DNA of 63,969 nt, the filler included, from Trypethelium eluteriae (Eukaryota), in assembly GCA_051942245.1 (NCBI GenBank). It is 3 parts of 3 records of this genome, joined end to end, with 100 filler letters (N's around TTAATTAATTAA, not from the genome) between each part and the next. Parts side by side here need not be neighbours in the genome. Positions count along the whole stretch, not along the records: positions 1 to 22,677 come from JAVECL010000436.1; positions 22,778 to 45,391 come from JAVECL010000437.1; 1 more part is not named here. One strand, written 5' to 3'. Made by a program: the position numbers and the translations under genes. Shown here in pieces: positions 11,085 to 23,679 of the stretch. The first letter of the stretch is position 1; each line of letters opens with the position of its first letter. Under the pieces are notes generated by a model. The model searched no databases, was not told the origin of the DNA, and saw nothing but the letters and a program-made list of their open reading frames with translations.

Positions 11085-12239
11085 GATGCCGATTTGTCTA
11101 TTGCGAATAATGCTGGACCTTGGTAACGGGAACAAGGACGAGGTAGATTGTCATACGACAAAGGTGACCAGGATCTCGAGACTGCCAGCACGCCGACAAG
11201 TCGACGGCCGCAAGGGCAGAAATGAAACGAGAGAGAGGTTCCAGCGTCGCTGGATAAATGATCTGGCTGTGGGTGGTGGAGGTAACGTAGCTGGCCTTGG
11301 AGAAACGGAGCTCGGTACGGGAGTACATCGACGATGTCAACGGCTTGCGCGCACCATGCCCAACCACAGGAGGTGACATCCAACCTAACTCAATGCCACT
11401 ACCGCTACGATACTGCCTTGTAATGGCGCGAGTCGACTCACCGACACGAATAGCATGCCTTGGAAATTTTCTAGCACACAACATCGCCAAACGTCTTCCA
11501 TATAATATAATTACACCTATTTCAGAGCGCAAGAGTGGGCACCCTCATTTCTTTAAGGACAGACAATCCTTACCTTGAATTTGGGAGAGCCAGGTAGCAA
11601 GCTCCTGGGTCTCACTTCCTGGAGAAGGATACATGCGGTTAAAGACTTCGAGTCCATAGAAATCCTTTGCGTGATTCAGCAACGTGTGGGAGATCCTCGA
11701 GGTTAGCCTGATTGCCAGCAACAGGGAGACTCGCGTGAGTTGTCCTGTTAAGTTTTCGACAAACCTGTAGCTACCCTTAAGATGGACGCAAGTCGCTCAG
11801 CTACGTACCTATCTGAGACCCTCTTTTAACTGCTAGTCAACTTGACAATGCCTTGCATTATTACAACCGCCACAATGGGCGCAGGCTCTTCCCTTATGAG
11901 GCAAAATCCCTGTCTCCCAAGCTTCATTCCTCCAGGCCCCTACAGTTCTAGCTATCGGACATGCCGAGATATTACAGAGCCCTCGCTTGCGCAAAGACTA
12001 AACAAATTCTCGTGTCTACGGAATAGGCCGAGCTCTTATCACTGTTAGAGGAAACAGTTGTTCTATGGACAGCGCGTAGCGACTTACCTGGCTGACCTTC
12101 GCTAGTTGATTCCAACCTGCTAATCAGTGCGTAGCGTGAACAACAGTTTTTCGAGACTTCTCTAGCTATAATTGATCTCAGTTTCTAGAATTTTTCCTGT
12201 TTCCCTTGACGCTCCTCTTACTCTGTCACCAATCTGAGC

Positions 12240-13385
12240 ATGCATACGCTACTCAATCCATTCAACATTTTAGTAATACTTGCCATATTCAAAACCTTTG
12301 CTTCTTGCCTGACTCACCATGCTGACAAACCCATCACAATCCTACCATACAATGAGCTAAGAAGTACAGATTCATCTCTAGATAGTCGAACGTCAAAAGT
12401 CCAAGCCTTGGGTGCTGAAGAAGAGTGCGCCCCTGGAAATTGCGGCGCAGCGTGCGCCGAGAACAGCGGTATCGCGGCGGGAAACATTACCAGCGGGTCG
12501 ACAGTCCCTTTTGCTAGAAATCTCTCTGGCGGGCCAATCCACACGAACTCTTTGCAGGATATTCGGAACAACCTGCAGAAACGGTACTTGGATCCGGTCC
12601 CTGATACAAGAGAATATGTTCATATTCTCTCATCAATCATCTCGCACGAAGAGCAATGGCTTCTTCCAAGTAGCCGTCTCCATGGTGTCCATGGCACAAC
12701 TACGACAAGTTTCCAATATCCTCTGGACGAATTCAGTACTCTCTTGGGTGTTAAAGGTCTGTACGGGTGTACTTCTGTGATAGTAGCATCAAACACAGGC
12801 GTCTTCATCTCCCATATCTGGGAGAGCCCAACATTCAAGAACAAAGGAGACCTCTCCCAATCAGACGAAGAGGTTTTCTGGAGGACTGGCTATAACATAC
12901 TAAGAGATGGAAACCCCACCGACAGAGAGAGAAGCATTGGATTTACAAGTCTTATGGGTCCAGGCGGAATTCTAAATATTACGCAAAGGCCGGTTGTCTT
13001 TATAATTACGCCGTTCACCTCGCAAATACAGAGGCAGTATCTTGGTATTACTACACGCCTGAGATATGAGCTGCGGGTCAACAAACTCGCGCTAGCTTTA
13101 CGAAAACGTATTCGGAGTCCGGAAAGAGCTCAAATCATAGGATACAGTAGGACGCATCAACACACTGCACATGATCGTGAAGGGTATTTGGGACGAGCCA
13201 TTGTGGAGGTTGAACAAGGATCTGCCGAACCCCGCAGAGGCAATGATAGTGATGATGAAGGCCCTTTCACGTATGACCCTACAATTGAGGGATCGTGGAG
13301 GTTGTGGGTTGAGGATCGGGTGGTCTTTGAACAACGTTATTCTCACCCTCTCGTTCCTTCACTACGAAATATTAGCAATCCGTGA
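12240..13385 (+). CDS. Secreted protein of unknown function with a CNF1/CheD-like GLxGCT-x13-H motif
   Basis: Single 381-aa ORF with hydrophobic signal peptide, Cys-rich pro-region (CAPGNCGAAC), LQKR dibasic site, then GLYGCTSVIVASNTGVFISHIWE. Confidence 0.85.
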   Translation: MHTLLNPFNILVILAIFKTFASCLTHHADKPITILPYNELRSTDSSLDSRTSKVQALGAEEECAPGNCGAACAENSGIAAGNITSGSTVPFARNLSGGPIHTNSLQDIRNNLQKRYLDPVPDTREYVHILSSIISHEEQWLLPSSRLHGVHGTTTTSFQYPLDEFSTLLGVKGLYGCTSVIVASNTGVFISHIWESPTFKNKGDLSQSDEEVFWRTGYNILRDGNPTDRERSIGFTSLMGPGGILNITQRPVVFIITPFTSQIQRQYLGITTRLRYELRVNKLALALRKRIRSPERAQIIGYSRTHQHTAHDREGYLGRAIVEVEQGSAEPRRGNDSDDEGPFTYDPTIEGSWRLWVEDRVVFEQRYSHPLVPSLRNISNP

Positions 13386-13806
13386 CCATGTAGGTACTGA
13401 CTTGTCAAGCTGGCCATCAATGATGAGGACGATTAACTTCGCCAATGTCTGGCGTGCGGCATCACTTGAATCAGCGTTTCTGCTTAGCTGTGCCAATCAG
13501 CGAAGACAGGAAGAATAGAAGATGCTTGATTCATCAGTGACAGTTGTAACATAGGCAGAGACGATAGAATGCGATGGTCGGTTTCGCATTCCCAACCGTT
13601 CTTTCGGCTGCTCTTTCCCATATCAAGTAGACTTGCTAAAGCTTTCCTTCATGTACCACGTTGCTTCCATACTGAGAAGGCAATAAGCCCTTGACCTATT
13701 TCATCAATATATGATCCGGCTTTTCATATGACAGAGACTGGCGTTTTCTGAATAGTTGCTTTTTGGAAACATTTTGTCCTGCCGCATTGCCGGATTAGGA
13801 CTCAGC

Positions 13807-15958
13807 ATGCTTCGCTACCGACTCTCGGAGATATGCCTTACAGCAGCAGATATTGAACAAAGCAAGCGATACCAAAACATCCGACAAAGTGTACTAGGAG
13901 ATTCGCGGATCACAGGCCTTCCCCGGCCCTATCGTGTCAATGCCTACCCACAACTACACCGTGGATCTCAAAAATCACGAGAAGATGCTATCGTTCATGT
14001 TAACATCGAGGATTTTCCGCGCCCACAATCAGCCGAGATATTTTCTGCCACCGACTCTCCCTCTCCAGGCAAGAAAGAATAACACCTACCTCACCTTTGC
14101 ACATATCTTAGCCAATTCAATGAGCGCTGACTATCACTCCACAGACGGTCACACCTCTTCCGCAGAACGAGTGGCAGTCCCTGAGGGATCACAGAATTCT
14201 TGGAAAACAAATGAGTCGGAGGAACTACCGACGAAGGGTAGCAGTATCATTATAGTGACAGAAAATTCAGAGAAGAGGGAGGAATTAGCGAGTACACCGC
14301 AATCGCGTTCTCGTTCGGAAATATTGGAGAACCATCGAATGAAAGAACTCCACTGTATTCGGAAAGAGTCATCCGCAGGTGAGCTGAAACAGGGTCACGA
14401 AGATCCCAAAGGTGACTCGTCCGACACAAATGATGCTGAATATCAAGATCCAAGCAGCGGTAACCCCGAGTCACCCACCATGACCCTTCGAAAAGACGCT
14501 AATGATCCCCCAGCTCATCCTGGGGTAGCCTCAAAGTCCCCACTTGAGTCTGCTTTTGGCTTGAACTCTGTATCAGGCCAAGACATAGAATCTAAGTACC
14601 TTTTAGCTCGGGCGCCAAGGCGGCCTCCAGCAAGATTGTCACATCAAGGAATTGCAAAGGTACATGATCAGAGCACAGACTTCACTGAACTCAGCTCTCC
14701 GCGTAATCGAAAAGACCCAATTCCGAAAGCAGCTCGCTGTCTCTTCTACAATGATGCAGCCCGGGATCTAGATAAGCAGTCTAATGTCCATAGCATTCGG
14801 ACAAATTCCCATTCCTCCCAGGAGTTGGGACCAATAAGAAGTGCTCGAAAATCCTCAACAGGTCAAGACCACAGAGTTACTCAGCAGCATCCATCTTTTC
14901 GAGGACGTTCGCTCCAGAATCTGCATGCTGGGGACTGTGAGCATTTCCCAGATGATCACAAGGATCAGACTGCAGCTTTGTGCCCATCAGTGAGCGATCT
15001 TCAGCATTCGTATGCTGAGCAAGGCGACAGCCAGAAGGTTTGCCAATACACTGCAAGACGAGCTTCAATTCCATGCACGAAGCCTGGATCCGATAAGAGC
15101 CCCCAATTGCCGTCTTGTCGTCCTGAAAGGGGAGAAGGGACTAATATGAGTCTTCTGAGTCTGGCTAGCTCCAAGGCGCAGGCCGACAGCCCGGAGTTTT
15201 GGCTACGCCAGTATACTTCGCAGGACTATCGTTTTTCCAGCAGTACATACAATGAATTGCCTGGTCAAGACGGTATCGTCACGCGCGGAGGTGTACATGG
15301 AAACTTTCTTGATTGCTCCTCACCTTTAGAGCGACTGGAGGAGACCTTCCAGAATGCGATACAGAGAAGATGGCACAGTGGTGTTTTGGGCGATGAGAAA
15401 AGCGGAGGCGCAGTCTTGAGAGTGCCAGGCGATAGCCACCATCTTGGCGGAGAATCTCGAGTGTCAGACCATTCCGGGTGCAGAATCCCATCCACAGATC
15501 TTTCCACGGCATCAGACAATAGCGAGAATCGGCGAGCAACGTTTGCAATCTTTGACGACCGGGTTCCACACAGTATCCAACCACGCACGCCCGCGGACTT
15601 ACAGCGCCATCAGAGAAGACACGTGCCGTATGCAACCTCTGGACAAAGAGATTTGGACGAAAGTAGCAACTATCACTCCCGATCACTAATACTATCGCCA
15701 ACACCGGCAGCGCACAGTTACGGAATTGACATCAGTGGTATGGGCTCCGCACATCGTGGTATCACAGGGTCGATACGCTTGGCACATAGATCGAATAGAT
15801 CTCATCCGGAGAAGGAGAACTCAGACGAAGCTGGAGACTTGGATGCAATCCATGAAGAGAGACGTATTTGGCAACAGCGCGGCGAGGCATCTAGAGATGG
15901 GGTCATGAACAGAACCCCACCCCGCGTAGGAAGGTTCGAGAGTTGGATGCATCAGTAG
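13807..15958 (+). CDS. Largely disordered hypothetical protein with a probable GC-AG intron
   Basis: ATG at 13807 (MLRYRLSEICLTAADIEQ). CAG|GCAAGA at 14069 and TTAG| at 14111 join in frame to the long ORF ending TPPRVGRFESWMHQ. Confidence 0.7.
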
Positions 15959-16613
15959 AGAGGAGTACGGATAAAGTGGGTCGTTTGGAAACAATGGGTA
16001 GATGATAGCACCAAAGCGCTTAGGAATGCAGCAATATGAATTTGCATACCTAGGTATGGATTAAGACACCATGGTCAATGACTGAGACAGCGTCAGCCTT
16101 GCGAGACTGGGCGGCGTCGGCGTAGCGTCGCACCAAGCCTCATAAGTGCTAGAGCAGGCAGGTGACATCGCGAGGCCTCGCCTCTCACAGCCTGACAGCA
16201 CATCGACATCCTCTAAGCACCAGCTCCTCACCATCCGCCCGTTGTGGGCTTCTTGCTTCTTTTTCCAAGTGGTCGTCCATCATCAGGCCCTGACATTTGC
16301 ATCTGCCTTCCCTCTCGCCCAGGATATATTTTCATCCTCTCCCGTTGGATGTTTACCGCCATCTCTGCTTGCCACAAACGCGATGTCACCCTAATCGCCA
16401 GCCTAACTTCTGCAGGTTGTGCTGTTCCACTGGCCTAGTCTAGTCTGCTTCTGAGTCGTGCACTTTGTGCCCAACATCACCACCTTGCTCTTGACATTAC
16501 GGTCCGCCCAGCAACGACATCTTGCCTCATGCTCCCAGTCACGTCACTGGCGCGCGTGACATCTGTACCCCGCAGTTTGCTGCTGATACAGTAGCTGGCA
16601 GGCGGCTCCCGCC

Positions 16614-19600
16614 ATGGTCAAACCGGATGTCAAGAAAAATTACTACGCAGACCTAGAGCTTCCGCCTGACTCCAGCGTCGATGACGTTAGAAAGCAGTAT
16701 CGCAAGCTTGCACTCAAGTATCATCCCGATCGCAACAGTGGAAAGGAAGCAGAATGCGTACCGAAATTTCAAGCCATCCAAGCTGCTTTCGAAGTTCTCA
16801 GCGATTCAGACCTGAAGGCCAAATATGACGCAGATCGACGAAAAGCCAGTCTGTATCCTAGGCCAAGCGCCCGACCTGGCCCTACGTATCCCAATACATT
16901 CACGTCTACGTCGGCTCGTACTGCTTCGTTTAGACCTTCGCCCTCAAGCCCTCAAGACAATTATAGTGCGAACAGTGCCAACCTCAATGGCGCCTTTCGC
17001 TACACAAATGCGAACTTCCCAAGGCCGCAAGCTGGAGGCGGACCCCCTCGGAGGGAAAATCCACAAGAGAAGGCGGATGCGTGGACACGAATGAATCACG
17101 CACGGCAACAAGGTGGCTCAACTCGGCGAGCAGAGGCAAACCCTCCTCCTCCACCCCCACGCTCAGGTGGTCCAGGTGGTCCCCCCCGTTCACCATGGGG
17201 TCATAAAGACGAGACGACGCAGCCAAAGCCTGCAATGGGCCGAAGTAACACGGTTCGTACCCCAAGATCTGGTTTCGATCCCCAACATAGCCGCGCCGAC
17301 GAACGTCAAGCAAGTGGGACTTCGGCCTATGCTCACCACGCTTTTCATCCCCAACGGCCAACAGTAGAGCGTCGCCAGACAGCGGACTTTCCACCCCCTC
17401 CGCCATCTGCCGGGGCCCCCCCAAAGACTGCTCCGCCCTACACTCACGAGAAGCCGGATCCATTTAGGCCTTTCAGATCCCGCTATAGCGAGGAGGACGT
17501 TCCTTTCGCAGAAGGAACCCCACGGCCTCGCATGCCCTATACTTCGAGCACAGGTGAAAGGACATATTTATCAAATGAAGCCATGAGGCGCTCCGCGAGC
17601 ACGAGAGACCCATCCTCGCGGCCTGGCTCTAGTCATAGGGCACGTCATGCAGAAGGTTTTGATGGTTATCAAGCTCGACATCGTAGCGCAAGTCCCGCAG
17701 CGAATCGCAAGGCCTATACTTCTTCGCAGACTTCTGAAGGCAGTTCTGATGGGGGAGATCAAGGCGCGCAATTCATGGGTAAATTTGAGAGTCGATAATT
17801 ATAGGGCATGGATAACTGATATGGATTTATCTAGGCCCAGCCGCCGCATCACAACAACCCCCTCGACCGCATGCTAGATCCTCGGATCCGGAGATCTCAG
17901 CTACAACCTCAAGCAGCAGAAATGACAATCGTTCGAATGCAACTGGCGCTGAGAATCGCAAGGCTGCACCAACCTCTGCTTGGAGGGGGCGTAGTGGCCA
18001 ATTCCCGCAGAACGATGGACAAGGTGTTACCGGCAGTGCTAATGACAACGCGCCCAATGCGATGAACCATGGCACAAAGCAAGATGACACCTCAGATATG
18101 TATGACGCCAACTTTTCTAAGACTCCGTCGACTCATTGGGCACATCAATGGCCGTTCGGCCCCAAGAAGGACCAACCATGCCCAGCAACTCCCAGTCAGG
18201 TGCCCATTTGGGCATACCCTTCTAGCATCTGTCCGCCGAATCAATCCAAGTCTAAATCTTTCTCAAAGCAAACGCCAGAATGTTCCTTTCTGTCTGAAAA
18301 TCCTCAAACAACTCACGGGACTTTCAAAGCACAAATTTCTGAACAACTAGCTGACCAAGGCCTTTGCAATAGTTTCACGATCCCGATCGAGAAAGACACG
18401 TTTGCGCCCACTCGTCCTGACGCACCCCGAAGCCGAAGCCACGAGCACATGCGGTTTTCTCCCAGCGATTGGCAGGGCAAGTTCACTGGAAGTGCGGATT
18501 ATTTTGAGGCGCGTCCTTCGTCCCAGAAGCAACGGAAATCTCCTACTAAGGGACCTGATGCCTCGAAACAGAGGGGGCATTCAACTGATGCAAGTATCGG
18601 GCAAATGCCACCGCCACCTCCAGGGCCGCCACCGCAACCTCAACATGCTCCAACAAAGGATGACGTGAGTGCATCTCAGCCTGGAGAAGGCAAATTTTCT
18701 GCAGAACAATGGCAGAATCAGTTTTCAGAACCAAACTGGGCTTACCCGGCTGAGAAGCCTCCTTCACCTACACGAGCCACGTCCAGGTCTCGTCCCTCAG
18801 GCCGGAAGCAATCCACGGCAAAAGCTAAGACTCCTGTCGTCCCGAAGGCCGCCAAGGTCGGTGGAGCAGTGGAAGAGGAGCCTGATTCTGACGCCAAGCA
18901 CGATAGCGGCGCAGCCAGCGCTAGCAGCAGCAGTCTGAAAGGTACTGAAGGTGATGGGGATGCTGACGGGGACGCTGACGGGGATGGGGCCGATGACCAG
19001 GAAGGTGATGCCATGGATATTGATCAGGAGACATCAGCTTCTCCTACCTCGCAACCACAAGAACCTCGATTCATTCCTGTGCATCCTGTCCGTCCCGAAG
19101 TCAACATCAACACTCCTAACAATGCAACTCATACGCGACATGCTTCCCACCCAATATCATTACAACAGAATCAACCTCGTCACGTTAAACAACTTTCTGC
19201 AGGTGGAGCTCTCAAGACGAATCTTTCCGACTTAGCTGCTACCGCACCTTTCGGGGCTGCTGGAAGTTCTGGTTTACAGTCGGTGTCCGATTTAGGGGCA
19301 AACTTACCCTTCGAATCCAGACCGAGTACCTCCCACCCAACCAAGTCCTTTACGCCGCGAAATTTCGATCTTCCTCTTCCTCCTAAACCACCCTCGGTTC
19401 CCACTGGTCGTCCAACACGTGCCAATTGGGAGGCCTGTCTTGCCGGTATGACGTCATACATGAAGGATTGGTCCATCTTCTACAAAACGATTAGAGATCA
19501 CTTCAATGCTCGATCTACAGCGCTTCAGCAACTTACTAATTCCTTCGCCGCACCTTTGACACCAACGGTGTCTTCAACTGGGACTGGGGCGACAAGCAAC

Positions 19601-19780
19601 TGGCTTGCCGCAACAGGAGAGACCACAGGTGCTCCAGGCTTCGATACGTACTTGCAGGGATTGAGGGAAGACGAACGAGTCCGACAGCACTGGAACTCGA
19701 GCTGCGAGAAGCATAGGGAGACTCTGGAGAAGTTTCATCACCTAAGGGAAAAGGTTCGGGGGCAAGGAGGCGGTGGATAG
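16614..19780 (+). CDS. DnaJ-domain protein with a long Pro/Ser-rich region and helical C-terminus
   Basis: N-terminal J domain (YYADLEL...LALKYHPDRN...AFEVLSD). Intron 17779-17834 restores the frame. Optional in-frame intron at 18100-18372. Confidence 0.88.
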
Positions 19781-20601
19781 AAATCCGACTTCTAGAATGC
19801 GGAAATTTCCTTGATATGATCGCACTTGGATGCTATGGTTCATTCACTGGACACGGAACCAGACCGCCATGTGATTCGCCGATTGATGCGATGCCGCTTT
19901 TTCACCATTTGTTTTGTACATTAACTATACCCTGATTTGATTGCAGCACTCACGACAGACAGACGGTAACGTTTTCTCTTCTCTGCAGGTGGTGATCTGA
20001 ATCAAGCAGGATTGCTCATAGGCCACCAATGCCCTTTTATATACGACTGTTTTCTATTCACGATGGAGGGTCCTTTACTTCACTACCTTCAATTCTTGTA
20101 CCTTTATTTCGAGCGGCATAGCGAATGGGAGGGCACGGCTTTTGATGGATGACGCAGCCATTAAGTATCATTATAAAATAGATGATAATAGAGCATATAA
20201 TCTCTTGGAGATCGAATTTTGTTGGAGACGCCGTGACGACTATCAGCGACGCAGCAAATCATGGGAGCTAACAATGAGAGCTGACTACCTTAGTTTCGCG
20301 GGCATCTCCGTATTTAGCCCTGGTGCTCATACTGGGTAAAGTAGAAGGCTTAAGGTACGGAGTACTACTGCTAAGATTGGGGTCGTCGTGTCGTGCTCGT
20401 CATTGCGCACAGCCACCCACGCCACGGCGGGGCGCGTCACCTGTGTGTATCATGTCCTTCTAATAGGCAAGGTGCAGCTGTAAACCCTTATTAACCCAAC
20501 ACCCATCTTCCCTTCAGCCCGACCTCTGTACTCTACCTTTCCTACCCCGCGAGATTTCGCATCTCTGCTAGTATCTGTGGACATCTGCCTCGCAGACGAC
20601 C

Positions 20602-21734
20602 ATGGCAGACTACCTCCCGCCAACGGTAATTCGATGCTCTCTGTCCATGTCTCAGCTGTCATGTGCGGCAGAACTGACCTAAACCCAGGGTCCACCTCCC
20701 CCAAAAGTTCCTCCGGGCTGGAAGGCTCAATACAATGGTGCGCAACTCCTGTTTCGATGCTCCATCGAGCGATCTTGCCATGGACACTAGACTGACATTC
20801 TTTGACAGAACAATATCAGGAATGGTTCTACGTGAATCTATATACCAAGAAATCTCAATGGGACAGGCCAACGGAGCCAGCCCATGATGACTCCGGCTCC
20901 TCAGCTGCCCCTCCACCTTATGCTCCTGGGCAATCGACGCCACTCGGGCCCGAGAAAGGCAGCCTATCCTCCAACAATCCCTATGGCTCCAGCAGCAGCG
21001 CCGAGTCAGACGAAGCCATGGCACGACGCCTCCAAGCTGAAGAGGACGCCCGCTCTCATGGTCGTCCGCTGAGCCGAGGCGCTGCCGACTCGTACTACAG
21101 CCAGTCCGGCCCTCCGGCAGGTTATGCTCCTTCACCGCATCAGTCGGCCAACTACGACCAAGACCTTCCTCCCCGTCCTGAAGGTAAGAAGGGGTTCTTG
21201 GGCAAAATCCTTGGTAAGAGCAGCAGCTCGAGTCATCCACAACAGGGTTATCCGCCTCAGCAGCAGCAGTACTATCAGGGTCCACCGCAGGGACAGTATG
21301 GATATCAGCCGCAGCAGGGTTACTATGGGCAGGGCGGATACCCTCCGCAGCAGCAATATATGCAGCAGCAGCAAGCTCAGAGGAGACACGGTGGCCTTGG
21401 CACTGGTGGTGCGCTGGCTTTGGGAGGCGGTGCTGGCTTGTTGGGCGGTCTGGCGCTTGGAGAAGCAATGGATGGTGGGGTGAGTAATGTACCGCTCTTT
21501 TGGATAGACCTACCTATGAAGCTGATTGATTCATCCTATAGGATGGTGGCGATGGTGGTGGCGATGACGGGGTAAGTGCTTTCAAAGCGAACTCCGCTAT
21601 TTCGTGCAGCTAACCTGGGGCTCTCAGGGTGATTTCGGCGGTGATGGTGGCGTAAGTAGATCTTAGCTGTGCTGCAATGCTCTGAGACTAATGACCTGGC
21701 TTACTAGGGCGACTTCGGTGGTGGTGACTTCTAG
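20602..21734 (+). CDS. WW-domain protein (Wwm1-like), Gln/Gly/Tyr-rich, with terminal micro-exons
   Basis: Spliced WW domain VPPGWKAQYNEQYQEWFYVNLYTKKSQWDRP; PPPY; SDEAMARRLQAEE; GG-rich tail. Last exons 21542-21571, 21628-21651 and 21708-21734 end GGGDF-stop. Confidence 0.88.
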
Positions 21735-21964
21735 ACTCATTGCAATGGCCTTAGCTAAACATGGCCAATTCTATGGTCAAGCTGGATTGAGATGGAACTA
21801 ACTAAGTGGGTATGAGTTGACAAGGTTTTCGATTAGTACAGCAAATCTCCCGAATGATTCTGCGATCGTCTCAAGTAACCGAACTCCCATTAGATATTAC
21901 CAAAACAATCAAAATAGCAGCTAAACCCATAGGATAATACAGCAACCGCGAATTTTCCCTCAGC

Positions 21965-22677
21965 TTAAGTTTTCTCGATGTTTCCAATATCTGTGAGAAT
22001 ATACTTCTTGCGGTCCAATCCCAACCGATCGATCATTTTTGCGATTCTGTTTTGGAATTCGGCGATTGCTCCCGGAGCGAATCTTGATTGAAGGCTGTGC
22101 CAAGTCCTTTGCTGGCTCTCAGTAGCCCGGGGAAACATCTCTTTTTCATAAGCCTGCACGGCTCGATCCAGATCATGGGGGCTTTTCACAATCTCTTGAG
22201 CCAGGACCATGGCGTCTGTCAAGGCGAGATTAACTCCTTCGCCAGCGAACGGGGTCATCAGGTGGGCCGCATCTCCGATCACTGTGAGACCCTTTCGTGA
22301 CGGCCATTTCAATCCCACAGGTAGCATATGCAGTGGTCTTGGCGTCATATCCCCATCGGCCTTTCGGATCAAGTCTTTCTGTCCCTCTGACCATCCCTCA
22401 AACTTCTCCAACAGCCATTCCTTCACCTTCTGCGAGTCCGCCCAGTCAACACCAGCGTCACGAATGAAGTGCTCCGGCGCCGTGAACCAGGCGTACGCCT
22501 GGATGCTCCGATCATCCTGACGTTGGCACAACAGCGCGTTCCCACGCTCCTCGCCAAACATGAAGTTGCTCCCTTCCCCGATCCTCTCCGAGATATCCGG
22601 ATACCGCTCATCCACTTCCCGCCACCACAACTCCACTCCACTGACGCCGGCATAGAACGGCGCCAAACTCGACAACC
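21965..22677 (-). CDS. FAD-dependent monooxygenase, class A / TetX-like (5' part lost in the gap)
   Basis: GLTVIGDAAHLMTPFAGEGVNLALTDA second FAD fingerprint and YEKEMFPRA. The ORF runs into the N gap. Confidence 0.88.
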
Positions 22678-22777
22678 NNNNNNNNNNNNNNNNNNNNNNN
22701 NNNNNNNNNNNNNNNNNNNNNTTAATTAATTAANNNNNNNNNNNNNNNNNNNNNNNNNNNNNNNNNNNNNNNNNNNN
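22678..22777. other. Assembly gap / artificial contig linker
   Basis: 44 N + TTAATTAATTAA (stops in all six frames) + 44 N. Confidence 0.98.
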
Positions 22778-22973
22778 GTCCGGCGTAGTGTCGTTGACGG
22801 ATATCCTCAATGTGGTGGCGAGGGCGAGTGGGTTGCATCCGCTGGATCCGGATGAGGCGAGGAGGCGGCGGCGGAGGAGTAGCAGCTCGAGTGTGAGGAG
22901 GAGTGTGGATAGTGCGAGGAGTAGTAATACGGATTTGAGTCGGAGTACGAGTTTGAGTGGGGCGAGGAGGTGA
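22778..22973 (+). CDS. sds23: 3' fragment of an Sds23/Moc1 CBS-domain protein
   Basis: [37 protein letters not shown] matches my recollection of the last CBS motif and basic/Ser tail of ascomycete Sds23. The 5' part lies in the gap. Confidence 0.8.
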
Positions 22974-23679
22974 GTGGGGCGAGGAGGTAGATGGAAGGGG
23001 ATGGGAAGGGGAAGTGAAGAGGTGGTGACTTTCGTTGGAGCGCTGCTTGTCTCTCTTGAAGGATCTGGCTGTAGGTAGTTGAAGATGGGCATTTGTGGAG
23101 GAGGTGCTGATACGCGGATATGGCTTTATGATCTGTTTAATGAATAACATCTAGGCCGCTTAGGCATCTCTATGGGTCAATCATTTGGACGTATCTCCGT
23201 CAAAGGTTCCTGGACGGCTTCGGAGCTCCGCATTATGTGCTGTTCTTTAGATCAAGATTAGGTAGCTACCACTAGCTCTTGCATTGCACGTCATTTGCTG
23301 AAGACCGATCTACATTTATTATGAGCATTAAAGACAATTGAGAAACTGGCGGCTAGCTTCTCATCGAAGGTCTATTGGTCATGAGTATTACCGTGAGGCA
23401 TCACTGAGATACTCAGAAAACCTTTGTTCAAGTTTGGGTGCAAAATTCTCAAGATTTTCTCCCCTCTTATCGTCACACTAAGGGGTCTCTTACTTTAGAA
23501 AGGTGCTCCTGAAGAACTCGCAGCTGCACCCAACGGCTGAAGGAGAGCCAAGAGCTCTCAAGGTATTAGTAGAGCATTCATCTCCCGGTACAATTCGCCA
23601 AAATGGCCTTCAATGTTAACTCTACAGTACAGAGCGGTTCATGGATGACGTCCATGATCCAGGGATTCTCCTCAGTCGG

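Noticed and set aside
18950..18997. GACGGGGATGCT-like repeat
   Set aside because: It is a coding low-complexity Gly/Asp tract within the DnaJ protein.
22722..22733. TTAATTAATTAA palindrome as a biological site (also at 45436-45447)
   Set aside because: It is centred in N runs of identical length and encodes stops in all six frames, so it is an assembly spacer.
22722..23150. Minus-strand ORFs of 142 and 120 aa running into the gap
   Set aside because: They are antisense shadows of the plus-strand sds23 tail and its purine-rich 3' region.
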